A DNA stretch of 64,000 bases, taken from NCBI GenBank assembly GCA_025603075.1, contig MU626280.1, positions 62,001-126,000 of the forward strand, read 5' to 3'. The translations under genes were made by a program, and so were the position numbers. Of the stretch, positions 14,454 through 26,919 are shown in pieces (within the stretch, counting starts at the first letter, position 1; every line of letters begins with the position of its first letter). The notes under the pieces were generated by a model. The model was not told where the DNA came from, did not search any database, and was given only the letters and a program-made list of their open reading frames with translations. The DNA is from Neoconidiobolus thromboides FSU 785. Lineage: Eukaryota; Fungi; Entomophthoromycota.

Positions 14454-15604
14454 TTATCTAAACTTAAACACAGATACAACAGAGATAATAACAATAATAA
14501 TAACGACCACAACGATAGCAGCAATCCAAATTTTCATCTTTCTGGTTCTTTTTGAAGAGTCAATAGCTTCGGATAGATGTTCATTAGCCGAATGAATATT
14601 ACTAGAAGCGGTATTAATATTATCTTCAATACGATCCAAGACCTGGTCTTGAAGAATAATAATGTTCTGCATGTCCAAATATAATTGGTGCAACTCTAAT
14701 ATACTACTTTGAATTTTATTAAGTTCTTGATGGCGCTGATTAACTCTCGCTAGATATTCTTGATATTCTTTATTATCTTTAGTTGTTTCAACCTGTATTG
14801 GCCCTTTTTTTACCACTATCTCTACCTCTTCATTGCTCGCTTCTGGGTTCATTGTTTTATAACTATACCTTATTTGTTCCTCGAGATCACTTTGATAGAT
14901 GTGTTCCATTTTTTGGTAAGCTTCTAGCTTACTTAAAAACCTTTTTTTTAATGAAAACATCTAATATCTATTAGTTATTGTTTTTAGCTAAATAAAGCAT
15001 ATATTACTTGGCTCTTCCTAAGCTGGTGCTCGCCTGGCGGGCATGGGATTTTATTACAGTATATTGTTAAACCTAATAGAAATTAAATATCGGAATGGAA
15101 CAAACATAAATAAATTACCATATAACTTTTTTTTTATAACTTTCATAGAAGCTTTGGCAACTTGTTCCAAATCATTTCTTTCTAATAAATAAATAAACAA
15201 ATTCCAAGCTATAAAGCAGATTCAAAATTGATTGTTACCTCTCAAATGATCATTTTCATTATTTAAATCTTTTTTTCTTAAACTTTGTAAATGTCGAACT
15301 ACATCTGCAAACTTTTGAATTTCATAGTTAATTACATCTACCTTTTAAGATTAAAAATTAATTTATTATCCTATTATCGTCATACCTCTTCAAAAAAACT
15401 GTTTCTAACTCGATCTTTAAACGTTTCGATATCCTCTTCCTCTTCTTCAATACTCCCTAATATGTTTCCTATTAACGGTTCTTGCTCTGCAGTTCCTTCC
15501 ATTGGTAATACCACCTGGGTACGTTCCTATTATTTTTCAATTGCGATTCCTTTGTTTAATTGAGACTCCTTTACCTGTAATTCCTTTAATCTATCTTTTG
15601 CCAT
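14454..15604 (-). CDS. SSO1: Plasma-membrane Qa-SNARE syntaxin (Sso1/2-like), multi-exon
   Basis: MAKDRLKELQ N-peptide; RHQELNKIQSSILELHQLYLDMQNIIILQDQVLDRIEDNI SNARE helix; C-terminal TM. Confidence 0.9.
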
Positions 15605-15767
15605 TTAATTAAAATAATAATAGAAAGTAAATAAATGAGAGTGCTTAATTATACACTAAATTTGTGTTTTAGCTATTGCTTGGTAATTTATTGATTTCTA
15701 TCGAAATTAAGAACTATTTGCTATATTTGGAAATATCATAAACAAAAATAAAGCTTAAATAAATTTT

Positions 15768-17105
15768 TTATTTTAAATCATAAGTACGATTTTTAACAGG
15801 TTGGCCCATATCCTCATACCAATCTGGAGGCGTAAACTCATTTAAAGTATAATTAAGAGACTCATCATCGTTTGGTAAATCGCTCTTAATTTCCCTATTT
15901 GTTTTCTTTTTAAAAATATACCCTCTTTTACGTAACAAAAATAAAAATAAAATTCCAAAGAATAATATTAATAGTAGTGATGGTATAAAGACCCAAATTA
16001 ATATGCTACTTGTATTACTGGCTTTATCTCCAAGTGCAGAATAATAGTCAATCACTTTCATTTGTTTTAAATCTATTAATTGTAATTCTTTAGCACTAGA
16101 ATCCCTCATACCAAAACTAGCAAGCATTACACTATTATTTAACATCTGAACACAAGGATGATACCCGACGGTATCTAGACCAGGAATTTCATGTTTGGTC
16201 CAAGAATTGGAATCAAGATCCAAACTAAAGATAACTTTTCTTAATGTTTTTAATTGAGAATCTAATGCCCCACCGCTTAAAATAAGCTTGTTATCAAAAT
16301 ATTTAATATCATGACCAATAGAATCCGATGGTACATCACCTTTCAAAGTAATAACGTCCCAACTTGAATTCCTCAAGTCAAACTTTAAAAGTCGATCAAA
16401 ACTTAAAAAGTTATGGTCATACCCTTTTCCACCTAATACATACATATTTCCATCATGGATAGTAGATGCATGATCAAATAAGTTTAAACCGGTGGATTCT
16501 CTGCCTGTTTGATAAGTCCAATCCTCACTTCTTTCGGAATATTTGACTACTTTGCCGCCTCCAAAATGAACCATTTTAAAATCGGTGTCATTCAAATAAC
16601 CGCCATATAACACCGTTAAATCTGGGTCAATATCTGACCTCACCCAAGTAGATAACTGGTCACTGTAAACTGGATCTTTATTGTAAATCGAAGTATCTGG
16701 ATTAAGTGTTGTTCCGGGCCATTGAGAAGCACGTATATTTAAGTTGATTTTATTACTTTTAATATCATAAGTGACAAAACTGTCATTGGTAAGAATATTT
16801 CTACCACCATAAACCATAATTTCATTATCATGTAAGTTGCTTGGTAATATATTAGTAAACATCCGTTCCAATCCATTCTCTTTTGGTGTAAGTACTCGAA
16901 ATTTATCTTTTACTGTTATATAATTTAAATCCAGTTTAAATATATCTTTATTAAAATCATTGACAGTATCATCACTTAAATCATAACGTTTACCACCGAG
17001 GTAATATAAACTATCCTTTTGTATAGCACAACCACCGCCGTAAATATTTGTTGTTGAAACTATTATATTGGTAGTATAAATTAAAAATAAATAGAAATAA
17101 TTCAT
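15768..17105 (-). CDS. Kelch-repeat single-pass membrane protein, intronless
   Basis: Hydrophobic N-terminus; repeated GG motifs (YYLGG, MVYGG, VLYGG, MYVLGG, ILSGG) with downstream W/Y; TM ILIWVFIPSLLLILFFGILFLFLL followed by RKR. Confidence 0.8.
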   Translation of the reverse strand: MNYFYLFLIYTTNIIVSTTNIYGGGCAIQKDSLYYLGGKRYDLSDDTVNDFNKDIFKLDLNYITVKDKFRVLTPKENGLERMFTNILPSNLHDNEIMVYGGRNILTNDSFVTYDIKSNKINLNIRASQWPGTTLNPDTSIYNKDPVYSDQLSTWVRSDIDPDLTVLYGGYLNDTDFKMVHFGGGKVVKYSERSEDWTYQTGRESTGLNLFDHASTIHDGNMYVLGGKGYDHNFLSFDRLLKFDLRNSSWDVITLKGDVPSDSIGHDIKYFDNKLILSGGALDSQLKTLRKVIFSLDLDSNSWTKHEIPGLDTVGYHPCVQMLNNSVMLASFGMRDSSAKELQLIDLKQMKVIDYYSALGDKASNTSSILIWVFIPSLLLILFFGILFLFLLRKRGYIFKKKTNREIKSDLPNDDESLNYTLNEFTPPDWYEDMGQPVKNRTYDLK

Positions 17106-18423
17106 TGTTAAAAATAATTATTTTGTTCAGAATTATTATACCTTAGTGACTATTTATATTATTTTTTTAATACTCTGTGGTTAGAAATATTAAATAAAGC
17201 AATTTTATAACTTTACGTATAATGATGCAGTTAAACTTTGGGAATTTCACAAGGCATTAAGCGTGGTTTCAATTAAAGCCTTGAATTTTAATAAGCCCAG
17301 AAAAAATAGTGCAAAGATAGGAAAATCAATGTTTGAAATTTGTATGTCATATTACTCTAAGACAAGAAATTCATTTGTATATAAAAATAGTAAGTTGGCA
17401 CCATTGTTTAACTTGATAAGTTCAGTAATCAAGATATTTAACGCCTTTAAATAAGAAATTGTTGGACAGATAATTATAATATTTATTTTCTCGTTTTCAA
17501 CAAAATCAAAATCAAAACCACTAAATCTTATTCTAAAACTTAAATAAGACTATTCTTCCAAGAACAAATTCAAAAATTAGTCTGCTTAATTTTACTTTCT
17601 ATTTTTAATAATGCTGCAAAAGGTTCTCATTATTCTCTTTTTTATCAAATGAAAAGCTATCCGGTTAATGAATTTTCTTATTGCTAAGGCTAGACTAGCC
17701 GATAATTAAAGCGAAGAAACTCCTTTGCTTTAGTAGTCCACCGTATTCCTTGCTTAATTTTATTGATTACTCCTTAATAAAACCACTTAAGAGGTTTTTT
17801 CTCAAGAATTGTTGAAAAATAATTGGCGTAATAGTAATGTCCTTTACTACTTTTGGATTTTATTTCAAGTTTTTGTATTATATATAGATAAGCGATAAAT
17901 ATTTTGATTACGTACTGTGGTTAAATTAACTTTTATCTTTAGCAGGGATGAGTTTTTATATTTATAAGTATTAATATGATTAGAATATATATATCTTAAA
18001 TTTTGCTTTTTCATTTGAAATTTATCAAAATTATGATTTAATTCTATCCCTACATCTTAAAAGTGAAGTTTATCGTATACAATTTTCTTTCACCAGAGTC
18101 TACCCAATGACGAGTTGTGTTTCTTGGGCTAACCATCTACGTCTTTATTTATTTTTAAAAACCTTGAAGGAGTGAGCTCCCAAGCGATTTATCGTTGGGG
18201 GAAAGTAAAAGTATAAAGGCACCAAATGAGAAGTAGATCGAATATAGATGAAGACGAAAAGTCTTTGGTTTCTCATGTTGTAAATAAGACCCTCAGATTT
18301 ACGCTTTTTTAAAAAACAATAGTAATAATAACAAAGTATAAGCACAAATGACAAAAAACTGATCAAGCTCTTTAAGTTTTTTTAACAATATCTAAAAGTA
18401 AAAACAAACAAAATACAGAGTAT

Positions 18424-18522
18424 GGAGATGTATTTTTGTATTTAAGAATTCTGCTAACAGTTTTTCCACCCAAACAGCGCTTAAAAGATGAAAAAAATGA
18501 TAAAGCCAAAAAAAACATCTCT
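18424..18522. mobile_element. MITE family copy 4
   Basis: GGAGATGT...ACATCTCT; flanks GTAT/ATAT. Confidence 0.8.
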
Positions 18523-18706
18523 ATATTAATAGAGGTTAATTTTTTTGTATAAATATACTAATTTCAATTGCATATTATAAATTTTATCTATTTTCATTTT
18601 TAGATATTGTTAAAAAAGCTTAAAAAGTTCGATCAGTTTTTTTTTGAAATACCTATGATGGGCTAATAATCATACAAGTAAATGAAGTAAAATAATTTTA
18701 ACTTAT

Positions 18707-18798
18707 GGGGATGTGTTTTTTTATTCAAGAATTTTACTACAATCTTTCCACTCGAATAGTGCTTAAAAAATGGAAAAATAATGAAAAAAAACAGCCCC
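18707..18798. mobile_element. MITE family copy 5
   Basis: GGGGATGT...ACAGCCCC; TSD TTAT/TTAT. Confidence 0.85.
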
Positions 18799-19708
18799 TT
18801 ATATTCATAAATTATAGTAGACAGTTTTATTATTGATTGACATAAATAAAATATTGTTAATAATGGTATTTTATTCTATTTTAATATCTAATAGTTAAAA
18901 ATAAAATTTTATTCATGTTGATTTAAATATTTTTTTATAATATATCTATTTTAATTTAAATATAATAATACAATCTTTTAGTTTTTAATTATAGAAAATA
19001 AAAATATAAAATATAAAATATAAAATACTACAGGGTAAATCGAAATAAACGATTAGCCCATATTACCTATACAATGTCAAAAAAAGTTAAAGATTCTTTT
19101 TGAATGAATATGACAAGAAATATTTATTTTAAACCCAAATGAATAACAACGTAAGATCTCAAAAAATCAATACACTTTGTTATAGTCCTTATAACATTTA
19201 AATGCTTAAATATTTACTAATTTTTATAAAAATTAAAAAAGTAAAAACTTCAAGTCAAAAAAAGTCTCTCAGTTGAATTAATAACACAATGACTTTGTTA
19301 TTATTTTATAGCCCAGTTCCCTTATCCCTCTCAGTTATAGACATTATTCACTTCTTTTTACTGACCTCCAAAAAAGTTTCTAGTAATCTTTTCCATTTTA
19401 AAGCTCCTCTCATTATTTTCTAACACCTATATTCTTTATTTGTGGCTCAATTCATCCATCTGATGATAAAAAAATAAGCTCTTTAAAATCATTCATCTTT
19501 TAATTTTCCACTCTTCTGGTTCCATCATAACTCATAACTATTTTGGCTTGAATAAAAACCACAAAGCTGAGAGAATTTTTGTGGCTTAAGAAAGTTACTT
19601 TTTAACATAAAATTTAATTTGCCTTTTATAGTATAACGTTTACATTGATAATGTGCACTAAAAGACAAAAGTTATAATGACAAAAAGAAATTAAAAATAA
19701 AGTGCAGT

Positions 19709-20953
19709 TTAATAATTACAATTCGTAATATCTAAAATTTTTACATTTTTACATTTAGATATTAGGTTTAAAAAAGAGTTATCGAGCATAAAAGAAACTA
19801 ATTGAAGGTGGGATAATTTACAATTTAAAGTATTAATGTTTGGCTTGAACGAAATTAAACAAGGCTTGTCCTTTAAAGAATAATTGGAATGATTTGATAA
19901 TAAAAGGGTGGTTAATTGTGGAAATAAAAGTAGATTAAAGGTCAAAATAGGAATAAGAGAGGTAAATCGGGTAGCTATAGATTCTAAATTCGAGAATTGG
20001 TTTTTAAATTGAAACTTGATATTATTAAGCTGTAAGTCTAAGTGGGATAAGCTTGGAAAGTTTAATCCGTTAAAATAAATAGTTGATGTTTTACTTTGTC
20101 TCCTATTAGTAAAAGCTGTGTTAGAGCAATAACTATAATAAATTGATAAATGTTTTAATTTTGAAAACTTATATTGAATTAAAGAATTTAAGTCCACTAG
20201 AGAAAGTTGACTATACACCCTTAATTCTTTTAAATTTTTAAAGGTATCTAATTGAGTGATAAAATCGGGCTCAATAATAGTATTAAAGAAATAAAAAGAA
20301 AGATGAGATAAATCCAATCGATGAAATATTTGGAAGTCATTCTCCACATATTTATAACCGTCAATCATTATGTTTAATCTCTTAACTTTATCTAATAAAC
20401 TACTTGTTTCTAATTTTAAAAAGGCGTTATAAGCTTCTCCTGTATAGCTTAATTGCTTATATTTATATGTATATTCAAAGATCTCGAAATTTGTTAAACT
20501 TTGTAATAATTGGATGTTCTTTGCTAATGTTACTTCGGTACTACTTTTACTTTTACATGGGTTATTAAAACAACTACATGTACCGTCGCTGAATTTAGTG
20601 TGGTCTAACAATTTATCTGACTCACTTATTATCTCACATGAACATATTAATTTACATTGATTATTAGGATGGTAGTAATGTAATAGTTGTAAAAATTGAA
20701 GTTTATTAAAAGTTGAAATTGGGTCTTTAAACCGGATGAGTCTTATATGATTTCCATATCGTTTATAATTGAAATTATAAATATCTAACCCATCCGTTAG
20801 ATTTATTGTTGTATATAGGTTGGGACTAAATAAGGTATATAAACGACTACAGGTGGATATAAAATTTAATTGATCTTGTGTATCTAATTGGGAGTATATT
20901 TGACTTAGCATCTCATGTGGAAGGTCATCTAAAAGGTTGAGCTTTTTTTTCAT
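19709..20953 (-). CDS. F-box protein with RNI/LRR-like repeats, intronless
   Basis: N-terminal F-box LLDDLPHEMLSQIYSQLDTQDQLNFISTCSRLY; LxxLxL repeats (FKNLKELRV, FSKLKHLSI, FPSLSHLDL, FPQLTTLLL). Confidence 0.85.
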   Translation of the reverse strand: MKKKLNLLDDLPHEMLSQIYSQLDTQDQLNFISTCSRLYTLFSPNLYTTINLTDGLDIYNFNYKRYGNHIRLIRFKDPISTFNKLQFLQLLHYYHPNNQCKLICSCEIISESDKLLDHTKFSDGTCSCFNNPCKSKSSTEVTLAKNIQLLQSLTNFEIFEYTYKYKQLSYTGEAYNAFLKLETSSLLDKVKRLNIMIDGYKYVENDFQIFHRLDLSHLSFYFFNTIIEPDFITQLDTFKNLKELRVYSQLSLVDLNSLIQYKFSKLKHLSIYYSYCSNTAFTNRRQSKTSTIYFNGLNFPSLSHLDLQLNNIKFQFKNQFSNLESIATRFTSLIPILTFNLLLFPQLTTLLLSNHSNYSLKDKPCLISFKPNINTLNCKLSHLQLVSFMLDNSFLNLISKCKNVKILDITNCNY

Positions 20954-22348
20954 TTTTATTTATTGAAAATTAATTTTTTTATTAAAAAAGATTTTATCCG
21001 AATCAAAACACTACTCCTTTTATATTGATTAATTTTAAACTAATTACTTATTCACAATTTAATATATTTCAATCATGAGATTCTAATTATTTTATTTAAT
21101 GGAATAATAAAACTTATTCTTGTCCTTAATAAAATTATTAACTTTAAGCTAGAATCATTTTCAATTTTATTTTCGATCATTGACTTGCAAATTTCATTTT
21201 CCACTCAAGTTTTTCCTTCTCCATAAAAACTCCAGGCTTTAGCCTATCCTTTAATTAAGTATCCGTACTGTAAGTAGTATGCATGAACATTCTAAAATAA
21301 ATTGATTTGAAACTTAATTTAAGGTACATTAACTTTTAATTCTAAATGATCATTATAAAGCCTTAAAAATATACTTTTAAGTAAATAATTGAGAACGAGT
21401 GAATTTAAGGGGGTAAATTAATTTTTTTATAAAAACATTTTAATCTTTTAATTACTTTTGTTTATATCGGAGGTTTGTTAAGATTGTTTTGTTCCTTCAG
21501 GTTAATATTAGCGTGTATTAAACACTACAATTGATATGAATTTGTTTTTCTATATACTATTTTTACATAGATTTAATGAATTAATACCAGTAAACTAAGG
21601 GGTAAAGTATTTGAAATTCAAAGTTTAAAATGAGGCAGCCAGATTTGATTTCAAACAAGCTTCATGAATTTTGTAGCGCCTCGTTTTATATAAAATAAAA
21701 ATTTCTCCAACTTCAAATTGTGAATAAAATTAATAACCATTTTCATATAAAATAAAAAATATTAAGGTTTTCTTAATACCAATGTTATTTAATTCATAAT
21801 AAAATACTTTAATAACCATATCAACACTGATGGCCCCTTTATCTCAAATGAAACATTGATATATTAATATATTATTAATTGTTCGAGGAAACTTTTATAA
21901 TTTTAATGTAGTTTAATATTTTTTGAGAAAGAGTACTCATATTTCTTAAATAAAAATGTCACTTATACAAAAAAGTCTTAAAGTCTCAATTAAGCTTATA
22001 GACATAAATAGTCATTTATTTATAAATGAAATGAAATCATCTTAAAGGAAAATAATGGGCTTAAATAGACATGAGCCGAAGTATAAGGTAATACAATTGA
22101 CTGTAAAACTCTTTTATCTTGATTCATATACATTCATTAAGTTTATTAGATTTTATTAAGAAACCGTTTGGGGGATTACGCTCCTCTAAGGATATTTAGA
22201 TAAAATCATGAAGAAAACAAGAAAACACATGCAAGAAGTCTACTCTATTTTACTCTGTCCTAAAAAACACATAATTGATCATTTTTTTATCTCAAAAATA
22301 TCAAGTTTTAAGTCAGACAAATTAAGGTGTCATTTTTGGTTACTATTT

Positions 22349-22447
22349 GAGGATGTATTTTTGTATTTAAGAATTTTACCAACAGTCTTTCCACTCAAAT
22401 AGTGCTTAAAAGATGGAAAAAATAATTAAACTAAAAAAAATATCCCC
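22349..22447. mobile_element. MITE family copy 6
   Basis: GAGGATGT...ATATCCCC; TSD ATTT/ATTT. Confidence 0.85.
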
Positions 22448-22983
22448 ATTTTGTTCTTCCTTAAAAAGTAGTATAAAGTTCAAAAACGTTTAGCTAATTT
22501 TTATCAAAAAGTACTCATAAACTCAAGCATTTATTCTCGTGAAAATTATATGAGCATGTTCTCATATTAACTATAGGGTAGTTCGAGTATAGTTTTCTCA
22601 CTCTAGTAGTTAAAATTACTTTATAAAAATTTTCAATACTTTAGTGTTTTAAGTGATGAGTATTTTTTAACTTTAATTGATTTCAATTTTCACAGAACTC
22701 AGGTTTACAATTATATAAATTCTCCTGTCAAAGGATCCTCTATCTAAAACTTTCCTATCAGAACTGATTAAGAGACTTGGAACTACTATAGCGAGTTCTT
22801 TTCAGCACGTGGAAGAATCTCTCACTCTTTGACTTCTCGCCGATAATCCTTGACACCTAAATGAATATTGTTTGTATTTAATAAAATACGAAGATCTTAA
22901 ACCTTACCAGTTTTGAGTTTTAACACAATTTGATTTTACTCATCAAAAGTAAACTTGATCTTGATTTGGAAGTACAAAACAAT

Positions 22984-23054
22984 TGCGTACACTGGGAATC
23001 GAACCCAGGCCACTTCTTTGGAAGAGAAGTATTCTACCTCTATACTATGTACGC
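22984..23054 (-). tRNA. tRNA-Gly (anticodon TCC), intronless
   Basis: GCGTACA/TGTACGC acceptor stem + A; anticodon arm CTTCT-CTTCCAA-AGAAG; T arm CTGGG-TTCGATT-CCCAG. Confidence 0.95.
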
Positions 23055-23150
23055 ATTTAGTGAATGCACAAAGCTATAATGTTTAAAATATATATAACTT
23101 AAATTTGCTACTTTATGCAATAGATTTTAAGTAGATTAAAATTAACCAAA

Positions 23151-23234
23151 GGGGATATTTTTTTAGTTCAATCATTTTCCTATTTTCAAGCACTATTGAA
23201 GAAATAAACCTAAATTCTTAAAAGAGATACCTCC
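23151..23234. mobile_element. MITE family copy 7 (degenerate, internally deleted)
   Basis: GGGGATATTT...TTCAAGCACTATT...AAATTCTTAAA...TACCTCC; no clear TSD. Confidence 0.6.
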
Positions 23235-23652
23235 TAATGTTTTTTTATCATTTCAACTTTAAATTTAAAAAAAAATGCTTTTGTTTAAAATGAAATAGTC
23301 ATCACATGGCCACTGAAACTTTTTAGTAAATAAACCGAGTTTAAAAATTAAAAGAATATCCTTTACCTTACAACTAACTATTGGTTTAAGCATCAGTAAT
23401 AAAAGCTTTATCAAGCACAAGAATTTAGCAATAACTCAAATGATCACATCAGTTATTCTCTTACCTACTCAACTGACCATATCAACTATTATTTATTAGC
23501 TAAAAAAACACTTACAAATCAGCTATGACTCAAATTAGGTGATACAACTCCTATTTTTAACCAATGAAAATTGAAAGCGATTTTTATTATTGAATTGAAT
23601 TTATTATCAATAAAGCTAACAACTAAATTCACACATCTCTTTTCTATAAAAA

Positions 23653-24802
23653 ATGTTAACTTTGTTTATAAATATTCTATTAATAAGTATCACTACGCTA
23701 TGTATGGTAAATTAAATACTCCCATCTTTATTCTTATTTTCCATAAACTAACCCATTAACTCCCCTATAGATCCTATTATACATTGGTCATAAAACAAAA
23801 CCATTACCAACTACTGAAGAAGAGTTAACTTATTTTACGGACTCAAAAGAGGAGATTCTACTCTACTCCATCACCTCGAAGTCCTTAGTAAATTTAACTG
23901 TTGTCATTCCAGCTTACAATGAAAGTTTAAGGTTACCTAAAATGTTAGAGGAGACATTAGCTTATTTAAAGGAGAGACAAAGTCGAGATTTTGAATTTGA
24001 ATTTGAAATATTAATAGTTTGTGATGGTAGTACGGATGGTACAAGTGAATTAGCTTTAAAATGGAAAAAGGATAATAATTTAAAAGAACACCAGTTAATG
24101 ATCGTTAGAAATTTGATTAATAGAGGAAAAGGAGGATCCGTTAGGAGGGTAAGTTATGTTCTATTTTTCCTACTTGTATTTCTCATTAAATCCACTTTTT
24201 AATATAACTCTATTAATCAGGGTATGTTACACGCTAAAGGAGATTTAATTTTATTTGCAGATGCGGATGGAGCTACTGAATTTAGGGATATTGATAAGTT
24301 AGAAATGGAAATGAATAAAATCATCAAAGATGGATTAGGTATGGTAGTGGGTTCAAGACATCATTTAAAAAATTCAGAAGCAGTAGTTAATGTAAGTTTT
24401 TTATTATGTAGCTCTATTTTAAACTTAAATTTTAATGAATTTTTTCACTTATAAAAGCGCTCTTTCTTAAGAAATTTATTGATGAATGGCTTCCATTTAT
24501 ACCTTTACATTTTAGGTATTAAACAAATACAAGACACACAATGTGGGTTTAAATTATTTTCACGTAAAGCTGCATTTTTGATATTCAATAACTTACATGT
24601 AGAAGGTTGGATCTTTGATATTGAATGTTTAATTTTAGCCAATTATTTCAATATACCTTTAAAAGAAGTCATGGTAAATTGGCAAGAAATTGATGGTTCA
24701 AAAGTGAATATTATTAAAGATGCTATTAAAATGGCTTTGGATTTATTAATGATAAGATTATGCTATTTTTATAGGGTTTGGTCAATTACAACTACTGTGT
24801 AG
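23653..24802 (+). CDS. ALG5: Dolichyl-phosphate beta-glucosyltransferase, multi-exon
   Basis: N-terminal TM exon MLTLFINILLISITTLCM; LTVVIPAYNESLRLPKMLEET; VCDGSTDGT; NRGKGGSVR; LFADADGATEF; DTQCGFKLFSR; WIFDIE; VNWQEIDGSK. Confidence 0.97.
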
Positions 24803-24990
24803 TTGTAACATCTTATTATCCTTATTCTCTTTTTTACTCCTCATTCATTTCTTTTTTTTGCAAAAAAATTATCAAGTATTCATTTTATTCATACTGTCAA
24901 CTAGTTAAACAATATTTGAAATAAAAATTATAAAAATCATATTAAAAACAATTGATAAATAAATAGCACTAAACATTTATTATTATTATG

Positions 24991-26697
24991 TTAAGATTTT
25001 GATAATTTATTTTTAAACGATAAATCCAGTTTTTTTCTTTTTATAAGTTCATTAGTATTCGCTTTTAATGGTTCGGGCCATTTCCTTTCAATTTCTATGG
25101 ATAGTATCTGTTGTTTATATCCTTTTTTATCTACTTGTTTTATCCTTTCTTCTGTTATTACATTATTGTTTTTCACTTTATTTATTATTGTTTTATTTTT
25201 CTTCTCTTCTTTTCCAGATACTGAAGATGTCTTTTCAGTTTTTGCTTCACTCTCTTCCAATTCAGAATCGGATAGTATTTCAACTATTTGATTTGATTTC
25301 TTATTTTCCTTCTCTTTTCCCTTATCCAATACTTCATTCTCGTTCTCATTCCTAGAAAGTAGTTCGACCAAACATACTTTCTCCATACTTTTCTCTAACT
25401 TTATACTTTCAGATAAACCAGAATCCTCCTCAGAAAATATTTCAACTACCGAGTTAGAATTTATACTTTCATTTAGCCTCTCATCTACTAAGATATCTCC
25501 ATTACTTTCTTTTTTCATAAAGGGTTTCTTTGAACTTTGACTGAATTTTCCATTACCAGATAACTTGGGACTCTCCTTAGGAAACATTTTAATCACAGAA
25601 ACCGAACCCATCCTTTCATTTGACTTTTCATTTTTCAACTCCTTTTTATTCTTTAAATCCTCCAAAATAACTTTCATAGGATGTGGTGGAGCATTGCGGT
25701 TTGGTGGTGTTAATCTTGGTATTTCTTTTGGTATTTTATTTTCATTTTTATCGTCTTTTTGTTTCTTTTTTTCTACCTCATTTTTATCTTCTAAATCGTT
25801 TCTATTTTCCATCTTATCCTTAGCTCCATTTTCCAAACAACCCAATTTTTCCTTATCCCCGTCTAGCTCACCACTATCTATATTATTCTCATCCCCTCTA
25901 CTTCTTTTAAGTGACAATAAACTTTTTAATTTATTTTTCTTTTCATTATTCTCAGTGATATTTGAATCACTTCTACTCACACCATTATTCTTTTGAATTA
26001 CGATTTCCTCACTAATGGTAGTTTCTCCATTTGCATATTTTTTTGTAAATTCCATGGCTTTTTTATCAAATATGTAGCGTTCCCTCTTATATTCATTGGC
26101 CTAGAAAAAGAATTCGATGATTACTAAATTAGTACAATTTATATTATAATGAAGATAATATTTTACAGCTTCTATACTCAATGGGTCATCTGGATTCGGG
26201 TTTCTTAGTAAGGAATAAATTGTCATTAAAGTTGATTGTATATTACTTGCTGAAGACCAAGTACCCTAATTTAAAATAGATCACATTAATACATAATTTC
26301 AAAAAAACTAATAATGTTTTAATAATATTCTTTACATTAGGTACACTCTTTAATAAATCCAAACAAATTCGTCCTTTATCATCAATATTAGGATGATAAA
26401 TAAATGTTTTAAATTGAACTTTAGGTGGCTCAAATGGGTAATTTTTACTTAATAATAATTGTAATAAAAAATGACCAGTTTCATAGGGAGTGTCGGGGGG
26501 TCCTTGCATTCCTTAATGTTGAATGTTATGTTAGTAAATCGTATTTGGGGATAGATAGGAGAGTAAAGAGATGAATGATACTTACTTATTTCAAATTCTT
26601 CAATAGAATCATTCTTAGGCCATGCTTGTATATAACTTGGTAGTTGACTTAAATTTCGTATTTCTTTTAATATTCGAGATTTATAAACTCCACTCAT
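24991..26697 (-). CDS. Ubiquitin-conjugating enzyme E2, UBE2T-like, with long charged C-terminal tail
   Basis: [12 protein letters not shown]...[32 protein letters not shown]; NPNPDDPL; followed by a ~350-aa K/E/N/S-rich exon. Confidence 0.85.
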
Positions 26698-26919
26698 TTG
26701 ATAAAAAAACAAAAAAATAGGAACTGTAATTTAAGTAATAAACTATAAATAGTCAATAAAACAAAAAATAAAAATAATGCTTAATTTTTGAATTCATGTT
26801 ACTCAAAAATTGAATAAACTTAAGTTTTATCAATTGAATTTTAGATTAAAAATTTATTAAAAACTATATATTATTTATTACTTATTATTATAAATTCACA
26901 TTCAATAAAAAAACAACTC

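Noticed and set aside
17263-17454. Short ORF and a possible coding relic on the opposite strand
   Set aside because: Interrupted by stops and no convincing family match.
17655-17760. Two small hairpins (GGCTAGACTAGCC; AAAGCGAAG...CTTTGCTTT) suggesting an sn/snoRNA
   Set aside because: No diagnostic U-snRNA, C/D or H/ACA motifs could be placed.
18090-18366. GC-richer patch with SQAIYRW peptide, and ORF 18145-18366
   Set aside because: Too short and stop-interrupted to call a transposase fragment.
19300-19600. Purine-biased minus-strand stretch resembling decayed coding sequence (also 21180-21260)
   Set aside because: Multiple stops and no motif; cannot be classified.
21627-21690. 10-bp inverted repeat AAAATGAGGC...GCCTCGTTTT
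   Set aside because: Single occurrence with no TSD.
22828-22830. In-frame TGA in the tRNA-adjacent relic as selenocysteine
   Set aside because: The same frame also has a TAA, lacks a start codon and a redox motif, and I saw no SECIS.
25068-25996. Plus-strand hydrophobic ORFs (also 13442-13624, 34890-35150, 39493-39747 and similar)
   Set aside because: Antisense shadows of K/E/N-rich real exons.
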